From positions 17,040-81,039 of the forward strand of contig PEAN01000001.1 of the NCBI GenBank assembly GCA_002753735.1: DNA of 64,000 bases, written 5' to 3'. Shown in pieces: positions 29,879 through 37,583 of this stretch. Under the pieces are notes generated by a model that was not told the DNA's origin, did not search any database, and saw nothing but the letters and a program-made list of their open reading frames with translations. Position numbers and translations under genes: made by a program. This DNA comes from Magnetococcales bacterium DCbin4 (GTDB lineage Bacteria > Pseudomonadota > Magnetococcia > Magnetococcales > UBA8363). Every line of letters starts with the position of its first letter. Within the stretch, counting starts at the first letter, position 1.

Positions 29879-30378
29879 TCAACGGATGGGTGGGGGGACG
29901 GGGGCGGCGGTTGGAGGGTTGGGCAGACGCATCTCTTGAGTGGCAGGGGCGGGGGGGACGGATTGCACGGGGATTGGCCAAAGACGCAAAAGGCCGAACG
30001 CGGCAAGGAACATGGCACCCAACTTGATGACCATGCGGAGTTCCAATTCTTTCATGTCACGCTTGAGATTGGCTTCCAGCTCTTTGATATCTCGTTTGAG
30101 GTTGGCTTCCACAGTGGCCAGCTTGAGATCCAACTCTTGCCTGGTCGCCAGACCATCCAGATGACCTTTGACCTGTTGTTCGTTGCGGTCCGCCAGGGTG
30201 TCCAGTTTTTCTTCATTCTGCTTGTCGCGTTTGGCCGCGAGATCATCCACACGGGCATCCATCTGCCGCATGAACGTAGCCAATACCTTCACCTGGGCTT
30301 CACCTGGGCGGTGGGAATCCCGGCACGTTCCAGTTCCTTCACAAAGGCCAGTGTGTCAAATGGGATGGCGGTACTCAT
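29879..30378 (-). pseudogene. DUF1640-like coiled-coil membrane-anchored protein, frameshifted by an 11-bp tandem duplication
   Basis: ATG 30378 gives MSTAIPFDTLAFVKELERAGIPTAQVKPR*. ORF 29879..30292 continues as KVLATFMRQ...KRDIKELEANLKRDMKELELRMVIKLGAMFLAAFGLL. CTTCACCTGGG occurs twice in tandem (30287-30297 and 30298-30308), and deleting one copy fuses the two parts in frame. Confidence 0.6.
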
Positions 30379-30752
30379 GGTTCATCGATTAGGAAAAGTG
30401 TCCTTGTTCGTTCGCCAAATTTGGCGAGCGTTGTTGGCAGGTCCAGAATACTGTATCCGACCCCGGCCAACCCCGTCCAACAAATTCCGCTTGACCCCTT
30501 TGACTCCCGGGATGGCCAGGAGTGATGATGAGGGCACGGGGTCGAAAATCCCTCAAAGAGCGGATCCGCACCCATCAGACTATTGCGGACTTTTTGTGCC
30601 TGGTTCCGGCATGCGTTCTGCAGGATTGTTGTTGACAAAATGGCGGATGGAAATGGTACACTTTTCAATGGGTAGCGGTTTCTAAAACCGCACCCTTTCC
30701 GGGGCCTGTGGACTTCTGTCCGCAGGCTTCCGCGTTTTTGAAGGATGATGTT

Positions 30753-31541
30753 ATGCTTCATTTTGTATATCTTGACGAATTTGGACACGATGGACCATTC
30801 ATTTCCCGTACCCACCCCAGATACAACACCAGCCCGGTTTTCGGTTTGGCTGGGTTCATTCTTCCTTATGATAAAGTTCGTTGTTTTGCGACATGGTTCT
30901 ACCAGCTAAAAAATAACCTTCTTGCATGGGAACTGAAACGTTCCGGCAAACATCCAGCACAGTGGGAGAAAAAAGGATCATCTCTTTATACGGTGAAAAA
31001 TATTAGAAAATATCCAGATCTTAGAGCAGCTACCAACCGCTTTATCAACCGAATCCAACGGGATGGTGGCGAATTGTTCTACTCGGGATTGAATAAATAT
31101 CAACCTCCCGCAAATCATGATTCCAAAGCTCTATATCGGGTGGGGTTGACGAAGGCTATTCGTCTTCTCGACCTGAAATTTTCCCGTACCAACGACACAT
31201 TTGTTCTAATGCTGGATCAACACCAGGAACGGACGGCTTTGGTGAAAGCTGCTTCCCAAACCATGTTTGGCGAAGATGGTGTGCGCACCCTTCTTGAACC
31301 TCCATTTCAGTTGGAAAGCCACCTTTATCAAACCCTTCAATGTGCCGATTGGATTTGTGGCCTGATGGGTCGATGGTTATCTCACCAATGCAATCAGCAC
31401 GATTTCAATGATTTTGAATGGGCAGAACATTATTTTGGTGACCGCATCAGAATTGCCGCGCCATCTGGCACTATCGAATCAAGAGGGCGGTCAGAGGAAC
31501 AAAGGAAATCTGGCTACCGTCATAGATTTTTAAATGAATAA
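30753..31541 (+). CDS. DUF3800-like protein
   Basis: Start reset to MLHFVYLDEFGHDG (ATG 30753, AAGGATGA upstream). The N-terminal YxDE(S/F)G-type motif and the length resemble DUF3800. The assignment is tentative. Confidence 0.5.
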   Translation: MLHFVYLDEFGHDGPFISRTHPRYNTSPVFGLAGFILPYDKVRCFATWFYQLKNNLLAWELKRSGKHPAQWEKKGSSLYTVKNIRKYPDLRAATNRFINRIQRDGGELFYSGLNKYQPPANHDSKALYRVGLTKAIRLLDLKFSRTNDTFVLMLDQHQERTALVKAASQTMFGEDGVRTLLEPPFQLESHLYQTLQCADWICGLMGRWLSHQCNQHDFNDFEWAEHYFGDRIRIAAPSGTIESRGRSEEQRKSGYRHRFLNE

Positions 31542-31856
31542 GAACAATGTCTAAAACGAATACCACACCGATTGGGAGCGACGGGTTCAAGAAACGATGA
31601 AGAGATTGACTGTTCCGATGTTCCCGAACTTCCTGAAGCCTTTGTCCAGTGCATCGTCAGACAATTATTCCTAAAAGATTTCCTGATATCTCCACCGTAG
31701 CGCAAATCTTAATTAAAACTATAAATTTTGAAGAATAAAAATACGACCTATCATCCAAGGGCTGCGACGTTTACCTTGCCATTGAAAACGGAAATGGGAA
31801 GATGGTCATGTCGTGATTGAATTGGACCATGAAACGTAACAGGTTACACTTGGGGC

Positions 31857-32135
31857 GTGATCATCCATTTCCGACATCAAGGCATGAAGCTCAATTTTGA
31901 AACTGGCTCAAGGTGCAAGATCAAACCTGAACACGAGGGGAGGCTGCGCCTGATCCTGGCCCGGCTTGAAGCCGGTCATGACCCCTGGGACATGAATCTT
32001 CCGGGATTGAAGCTTCACCAACTGGACGGGGATCTTGGTGGTCACTGGTCGGTTTGGGTTTCTGGAAACTGGCGCGTCACCTTCCGCTTCCAGGGGAATG
32101 ATGTCGTTGACGTTGATGATTTGGACGATCATTGA
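31857..32135 (+). CDS. higB: Type II toxin, HigB / plasmid-maintenance-killer (RelE superfamily)
   Basis: 92 aa, GTG start. LARLEAGHDPWDMNLPGLKLHQLDGDLGGHWSVWVSGNWRVTFRF, ending D-D-H (family DYH tail). Followed by higA. Confidence 0.8.
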   Translation: MIIHFRHQGMKLNFETGSRCKIKPEHEGRLRLILARLEAGHDPWDMNLPGLKLHQLDGDLGGHWSVWVSGNWRVTFRFQGNDVVDVDDLDDH

Positions 32136-32153
32136 GCGGAAAGGAAAAACCCA

Positions 32154-32441
32154 ATGCGTATGCACAATCCACCACATCCGGGTGAAGTGATCCGGGAATT
32201 GTGTCTCGCTCCACTGGGACTTTCAGTGACCAAGGCGGCAGAGGGTTTGGGGGTCACCCGGAAAACGCTTTCCTCTCTTCTGAATGGCCGGTCCGGCATT
32301 TCACCGGAAATGGCGATCCGCCTTTCCAAGTCCTTCGGAGGAAGTCCGGAAAGTTGGTTGTCACAGCAAATGATCTATGATCTTTGGGAAACAGAACACC
32401 GGGTAGGTGAAATCAATGTGACTGTTTTCAATGCTGTTTGA
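32154..32441 (+). CDS. higA: Type II antitoxin HigA (XRE-type HTH)
   Basis: [62 protein letters not shown] is the canonical HigA-family pattern. Confidence 0.85.
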   Translation: MRMHNPPHPGEVIRELCLAPLGLSVTKAAEGLGVTRKTLSSLLNGRSGISPEMAIRLSKSFGGSPESWLSQQMIYDLWETEHRVGEINVTVFNAV

Positions 32442-32514
32442 TTGGGCTACTCATCCATGGGCCTCTAATGCTTCTGACTCAGGTATCACCGCTTGGACCG
32501 GGCCGCATCCCAAC

Positions 32515-32612
32515 GGTTCTCTGACGAAGTCCCCCAAGGTTCTTCTTTAAATGATTTTGATCGATTACCGAAGCCGAAACCTTGGGGGTAATCCCCCAGA
32601 CCCCTTTTTTTT
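32515..32612. repeat. Degenerate copy E of the MITE-like family (right terminus intact, left terminus decayed)
   Basis: GTCCCCCAAGGTT...AACCTTGGGGGTAATCCCCCAGACCCC-T8. The left outer A-run/GGGGTCT end is missing. Confidence 0.55.
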
Positions 32613-32712
32613 CTTGATCATGAAGTCAATACGCCCTGGTTCGTAAAGCACCGCACCCTTTCATATTTTAAACAACCGCCAATCATCAATCGTATCATTG
32701 CCGCGTAAATCA

Positions 32713-33882
32713 TCATTTTGTTGGAGGCAAACAGTTCGCAGCAATCATTGCTTTCTTTCTGATTGTTCTAAGCGGCTTTTCGATAAAAACAAAAATAAAA
32801 GATAAGGAAAATATAGCGAACACCGCAAATAAAAGGTTCATAAAAGGTTCAAAGTTATATAGCCCGCGAAAACTATAAGCGAGCGGTACATTCAGCAGAT
32901 AAATGGGATATGAAAGATCACCCGCCAGATTGTCAAGATTTCGACCAGAAATGGGGAATTCCAATTTGCTATTAGCCAAATAATAAATAAAAATGCTTGA
33001 AAAACAAAAAAGAACCGTTGAAATAATTCGCGGTTCATCGGTAAGCGATTGATGAGTTCCTACATAGTGCCAATACATTATATTAGATATAATAAAGAAA
33101 AATAAAAGAAAATTTTTAATCTTTTTTCGATAAATTTCCTGCGCCGTGTGGTTTCGTAGAGCAAGAGCCGAACCAAAAAGAAAGAATGGTAAATGGTAAA
33201 GAATTCCTGCCGCATTTGTAACTGGGGAGAAAGCAAGTTCAAAAAATTTGAACATTCCAGCGCTATGAGAGGTAAAAATACTACCCATTAACATCGGCGA
33301 AACAAATACACTTGCAAAATCAATGATTGCCGCAAGAAATATAACACGTATCAACATTGTTAAATTAAGAAATTCACAATAGTTATCCCTAGATCTCCTT
33401 AAAAAAATAACAACAGCGAACATTAGTAAATAAGCACGAAGCTCAACGTCAATCGTCCAAAGAGCAGGATTCCAATCTTTTTCAAAAGCAACGTTTGTAT
33501 TCCGAAAAATCAACAATAAATAAGCCCAAAGAGAACACCAGTAGTTAGCAATCTCGATTAAAAATTGGCGAAATCCATAAACTGAAAATGAGTCGAAGCG
33601 TATTATTTGATAATTTAAAAAGTGGATTTTAACTACAGGCAGGATAGAGAAAAAAACGAGTGTTAGATAATAAGTTGGAAAAATGCGTAATGCCCTATTG
33701 ATCAAGAACCGAGTTGGATTTTTTATTAGAATTTTATTACTGACAACCATATTGGTGACAAAAAATCCGGAAACGACAAAAAATAGAGAGACTCCAAAAA
33801 AACCAGCACCATATTTTCTAAAAATATTTTGATCAGAAACTATGAGCGAAGAAAAATGAAAAGCTGCAACTACCGAAGCCAA
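32713..33882 (-). CDS. Acyltransferase family 3 (membrane O-acyltransferase); the true 5' end is probably upstream, through the G19 tract
   Basis: Polytopic. VSLFFVVSGFF and RALRIFPTYY motifs. Visibly AT-rich compared with its neighbours. The listed TTG start removes the conserved N-terminal helix, which is still encoded in frame upstream. Confidence 0.75.
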   Translation of the reverse strand: MASVVAAFHFSSLIVSDQNIFRKYGAGFFGVSLFFVVSGFFVTNMVVSNKILIKNPTRFLINRALRIFPTYYLTLVFFSILPVVKIHFLNYQIIRFDSFSVYGFRQFLIEIANYWCSLWAYLLLIFRNTNVAFEKDWNPALWTIDVELRAYLLMFAVVIFLRRSRDNYCEFLNLTMLIRVIFLAAIIDFASVFVSPMLMGSIFTSHSAGMFKFFELAFSPVTNAAGILYHLPFFLFGSALALRNHTAQEIYRKKIKNFLLFFFIISNIMYWHYVGTHQSLTDEPRIISTVLFCFSSIFIYYLANSKLEFPISGRNLDNLAGDLSYPIYLLNVPLAYSFRGLYNFEPFMNLLFAVFAIFSLSFIFVFIEKPLRTIRKKAMIAANCLPPTK

Positions 33883-33925
33883 TATGAAGCGTAAAAAACC
33901 AAAACCCTGTATTGAAGACTTATTA

Positions 33926-33944
33926 CCCCCCCCCCCCCCCCCCC
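33926..33944 (-). repeat. Homopolymer: 19 x C on the + strand (G19 on the acyltransferase coding strand)
   Basis: Counted directly: tattaCCCCC CCCCCCCCCC CCCCactt. Confidence 0.95.
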
Positions 33945-34047
33945 ACTTACAACCACAGTTGATGCTTTCGCATCGAATTTTAAATAGTCTTTATCGCTTT
34001 TTAACAAAACGGCGTCCTCCTCTAAGCACTATCAGTCTGCAATAAAT

Positions 34048-34124
34048 TGGGGCGAACGACGGGACTTGAACCCGCGACAACCGGAATCACAATCCGGGGC
34101 TCTACCGACTGAGCTACGTTCGCC
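34048..34124 (-). tRNA. tRNA-His (GTG), with encoded G-1, C73 and CCA
   Basis: GGCGAACGTAGCTCAGTCGGTAGAGCCCCGGATTGTGATTCCGGTTGTCGCGGGTTCAAGTCCCGTCGTTCGCCCCA folds as a cloverleaf with anticodon loop TTGTGAT. Confidence 0.9.
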
Positions 34125-34208
34125 ATGCGAGCGGATCGAGGCGACATCATAACATACCGTGCCCGATCCGATACAGCGTTTGTTACAATGACCAAGGGCA
34201 CCAAAATC

Positions 34209-34285
34209 TGGTGCGCCCGGCAGGATTCGAACCTGCAGCCTACGGCTTAGAAGGCCGTTGCTCTATCCGATTGAGCCACGGGCGC
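34209..34285 (-). tRNA. tRNA-Arg (TCT)
   Basis: GCGCCCGTGGCTCAATCGGATAGAGCAACGGCCTTCTAAGCCGTAGGCTGCAGGTTCGAATCCTGCCGGGCGCACCA. Anticodon loop CTTCTAA. Confidence 0.9.
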
Positions 34286-34349
34286 TGGTGAAACTCTGCC
34301 TGACGTCCCGCGCCTGCCAAGCCATGGGTTGGGCCATGGATCGGGCGAA

Positions 34350-34426
34350 TGGTCGGGGTGAGAGGATTTGAACCTCCGGCCCTCGGCTCCCAAAGCCGAT
34401 GCGCTACCAGACTGCGCTACACCCCG
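34350..34426 (-). tRNA. tRNA-Pro (TGG)
   Basis: CGGGGTGTAGCGCAGTCTGGTAGCGCATCGGCTTTGGGAGCCGAGGGCCGGAGGTTCAAATCCTCTCACCCCGACCA. Anticodon loop TTTGGGA. Confidence 0.9.
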
Positions 34427-34608
34427 GGAAATCCGTTGGGAACTAAGCCTGTTGGATTCAAAGGGGGACAGGAAGGAAAAAGATCATCCTGATCACCAAA
34501 TACCCTTACGAAACCGCCCGGAATCCTACCTCAACTAAGCGTCCCAGGGCAAGCAGGTGCTGTCAACAGACCTCCTTTTTCCGCCGGGAAACGTTGAAGT
34601 CCGTCCAT

Positions 34609-35127
34609 TCACAGCGTCTTGGGTTGCGCTGCCTCTGCTTTCTTTTCGGCTTCCGGAGTGATCATCATGATGGAAAACGTACCCAGATGATCCCATAAAC
34701 CGCCATCGAGCTGATCATACACCTTGAAAAACCACAGCCCCGGAAAAAATGCTCCCGACAATCCACCCGCAGCGGTATACAAAGGCAGGGTGTCATCCTT
34801 GTTGGCCTGGACCGGGGGGAAATCGAGATCGGTGATTTTGTCACCCTTGTGGTCGATGATGTTGACCTTGAAATGGTGCGATCCGGTACTGGTCAACACG
34901 AGATCGAGAATGAAATACCCCGCCACCCCCTGGGATCGGGGTTGCAACGATTTGACGACCGAGGTCGGTTGCACCGCATCGCCCTGTTCCACCATCTTGT
35001 CGGAAAAATAGGCGTTGCTGATATAAGCGGGTTGACGCAATGAAGCTTTTTCATTGCCAGAAGCCGAAACCATCCAGCCAGCGACCCCAAACCACAAGGT
35101 CAACAGCATCAACGAAAAGGTACGCAT
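34609..35127 (-). CDS. Hypothetical secreted protein (172 aa), translationally coupled to the pyrK-like gene
   Basis: Signal peptide MRTFSLMLLTLWFGVAGWMVSASG. TGATG overlap with the upstream stop. No family recognised. Confidence 0.6.
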   Translation of the reverse strand: MRTFSLMLLTLWFGVAGWMVSASGNEKASLRQPAYISNAYFSDKMVEQGDAVQPTSVVKSLQPRSQGVAGYFILDLVLTSTGSHHFKVNIIDHKGDKITDLDFPPVQANKDDTLPLYTAAGGLSGAFFPGLWFFKVYDQLDGGLWDHLGTFSIMMITPEAEKKAEAAQPKTL

Positions 35128-36053
35128 CAGAGACAGGATCTCCTTTCCCCTTCTTTGTTGCAGCTATTGGTATTCACCTCCGGAATGTGCCACAAAATCT
35201 GATCCAAAGGCAAGACCGGCCCTTCGGTACAACTTCGGACAAAACGCCAATCATCCCCATGGTATACCGGAACCGCGCAACCGGCACAACCGCCAAAACC
35301 ACACGCCATCGTCCCTTCCAGCGAAATTTCTCCCTTCAGCTTCCATTGTTTCGCAAGTTCCGTCACGGCCACCATCATCGCCGTCGGACCACAGACATAA
35401 AGATGCACCGGTCCATCCGCACCCCTGGTCCCTTCAAGGACCTGATGCAACAGATCGCTCACCCAACCATGGAAAAAGCCTGGTTTCTTTGTGATCGAGG
35501 CCAACCGGGTGACGATCCCCCGTTGTTCCTCCCGCGCCAGCGCCAAAGGGGATTCAATCACCCCCCCCGGCAGCCCGATCCGTGCTGGAACCGTTGCAAA
35601 AGGGACCGTTTCCGCTTCCAATCCCCACAACAGGGTCACCCCGATCCCCCGCTGCCGCAATCGATCCGCCCAAAAACGCAAGGGGGCCAATCCCACCCCT
35701 CCCGCCACCAACACCGCCCGGCATCCCTCCGGTGGTTCGGTAAAGGAAGATCCCAAAGGCCCCAAAACCCATGGTTGATCGCCGGGACGCCATTGTTCCA
35801 TGTACCCCGTTCCCACCCCCACCACTTTGTAAAAAACTTCCACCATGCCCGTTTCGGGGTCGGTGTTCATGATTGAAAAAGGACGTGGCAACGTCAAGGA
35901 AGGGTGGCAATCCATTTGGAGAAACTGTCCCGGCCGGGCTTGCCTGGCAATCGCCGGGGCGTCAAGCGTCAATCCATGCATGCGACCGCCCAGGGGACGG
36001 TTTTCATGGACTCGGACGCGAATTCGTCGTGGAGGATTGGGGCGTGTTGACAT
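35127..36053 (-). CDS. pyrK: Dihydroorotate dehydrogenase electron-transfer subunit-like flavoprotein (PyrK family, FAD/NAD + 2Fe-2S)
   Basis: RPFSI FAD motif, GGVGLAP, and the C-terminal cluster CGFGGCAGC...C. Confidence 0.75.
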   Translation of the reverse strand: MSTRPNPPRRIRVRVHENRPLGGRMHGLTLDAPAIARQARPGQFLQMDCHPSLTLPRPFSIMNTDPETGMVEVFYKVVGVGTGYMEQWRPGDQPWVLGPLGSSFTEPPEGCRAVLVAGGVGLAPLRFWADRLRQRGIGVTLLWGLEAETVPFATVPARIGLPGGVIESPLALAREEQRGIVTRLASITKKPGFFHGWVSDLLHQVLEGTRGADGPVHLYVCGPTAMMVAVTELAKQWKLKGEISLEGTMACGFGGCAGCAVPVYHGDDWRFVRSCTEGPVLPLDQILWHIPEVNTNSCNKEGERRSCL

Positions 36054-36072
36054 TCGGAAAAATTATTAAAAG

Positions 36073-36249
36073 AAAAAAGGGGTCTGGGGGATTGCCCCCA
36101 GGGTTTTGACTTTAAAAAAGCTCCAATTTTTGCTTTTGATTTTGTTTTCACCTTGAAAACAAAGTCAAAAGCTTGAGCATGGAAACCTTTTTGTTTAAAT
36201 TCAAAAATAAAATCAACACCCCGGGGGCAATCCCCCAGACCCCTTTTTT
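36073..36249. mobile_element. MITE-like inverted-repeat element, copy F (177 bp, the longest)
   Basis: A6-GGGGTCTGGGGGATTGCCCCCAGGGTTTTGACTTT ... AATCAACACCCCGGGGGCAATCCCCCAGACCCC-T6. Lies between pyrC and pyrK on the same strand. Confidence 0.65.
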
Positions 36250-36286
36250 CTTTCACTATAAAGGGCGTGCCGAACAGTTGATTATA

Positions 36287-37579
36287 TTAATATTTTTCTT
36301 CCTCAAACACAATCTTGCCAGAAACCAATGTTTTTTTGACCCGGCCACGCACCTTGCGTCCATGAAACGGGGTGTTGCGGGCACTGCCATGCAATCGTCC
36401 CGAATCAACCTGCCACGCCTCCATCAAATCGAACAAAACCACATCGGCGGGAAAACCAGGGGTCAATACCCCACGCTGAATCCCCAAAAGACGGGCCGGT
36501 TTCCACGTCATGAGCGCAAGGCATTGCGACAACGTCATGATGCCACCGGCAACCAACTCCAGGCTGACGGGGAGCAAGGTTTCCAAACCGACGACCCCGT
36601 TGGCGGCACAACAGAATTCAACTTTTTTGCTGTCCTCGTCATGGGGGGCGTGATCGGTGGCGATGGCCGAAACGGTCCCCCGGGCCAAACCTTCCAACAG
36701 CGCCTTGCGATCAAATTCACTGCGCAACGGAGGGGCCATCTTGGCATAGGTATCATAACCATTGACCGCCTCTTCGGTCAGGGAAAAATGATGCGGTGCC
36801 ACTTCACACGTGACCGGCAACCCCTTGGCCTGGGCACCCGCCACCGCTTCCAATGCCCCGGCGGTGGAAAGATGGGCGACGTGATAACGGCCCCCCGTCA
36901 ACTGCACCAGGCGAATGTCCCGGTCCACCATGATCGATTCCGATTCCGCCGGAATCCCCGGCAATCCCAGACGGCTGGAGGTGACCCCCTCATTCATGCA
37001 CCCTTCGGAAACCAGACTGGGATCTTCGGCATGCTGAATGATCAATGCACCAAAGGCACGCGCATATTCCAACGCCCGCCGCATGACCCCGGCATCGGCG
37101 ACGGTTGCCCCGTCATCGGAAAAAGCGACACATCCCGCTTCGAGCATCAACCCGAATTCGGTCAGTTCCACCCCCTTGAGTCCCTTGGTGATGGCACCGA
37201 CGGGATAAACATTGACAACCCCCCCGACCCGGGCCTTGTCAAGGACATGGCCGACCACGCTGGGATCATCGGTGACCGGACGGGTATTGGGCATCGCCGC
37301 CACCGAGGTCACCCCCCCCGCCGCCGCGGACCGGGTGCCACTGGCGATGGTCCCCTTGTATTCATACCCCGGCTCGCGCAGGTGAACATGCATGTCCACC
37401 AACCCCGGCGCCACCACCAGGCCATCCGCATCAATGATGCGACAATCGCTCGGCACCTCGGGTCGGCCAACGGCACGGATCACCCCGTTTTCGATCAATA
37501 CATCCGCCGTTTCATCCAGGTTGTTGGCCGGATCCACCACGCGGCCACCTTTGATCAAGATACATCCCCCTGGTTCCAT
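36287..37579 (-). CDS. pyrC: Dihydroorotase
   Basis: 430 aa. DMHVHLREPG metal site and DHAPH. Confidence 0.92.
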   Translation of the reverse strand: MEPGGCILIKGGRVVDPANNLDETADVLIENGVIRAVGRPEVPSDCRIIDADGLVVAPGLVDMHVHLREPGYEYKGTIASGTRSAAAGGVTSVAAMPNTRPVTDDPSVVGHVLDKARVGGVVNVYPVGAITKGLKGVELTEFGLMLEAGCVAFSDDGATVADAGVMRRALEYARAFGALIIQHAEDPSLVSEGCMNEGVTSSRLGLPGIPAESESIMVDRDIRLVQLTGGRYHVAHLSTAGALEAVAGAQAKGLPVTCEVAPHHFSLTEEAVNGYDTYAKMAPPLRSEFDRKALLEGLARGTVSAIATDHAPHDEDSKKVEFCCAANGVVGLETLLPVSLELVAGGIMTLSQCLALMTWKPARLLGIQRGVLTPGFPADVVLFDLMEAWQVDSGRLHGSARNTPFHGRKVRGRVKKTLVSGKIVFEEEKY

Positions 37580-37583
37580 GGCC

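Noticed and set aside
29864-30685. 273-aa + strand ORF opposite the DUF1640-like gene.
   Set aside because: It is antisense to a coiled-coil gene whose heptad pattern and N-terminal motif are clear. The translation is low-complexity.
29683-34047. An integrase, transposase or att direct repeats delimiting the islet.
   Set aside because: No such ORF exists in any frame. The only similarity to the tRNA-His 3' end (CGACGGG..TTCAAG at about 31590) is too short and imperfect to count.
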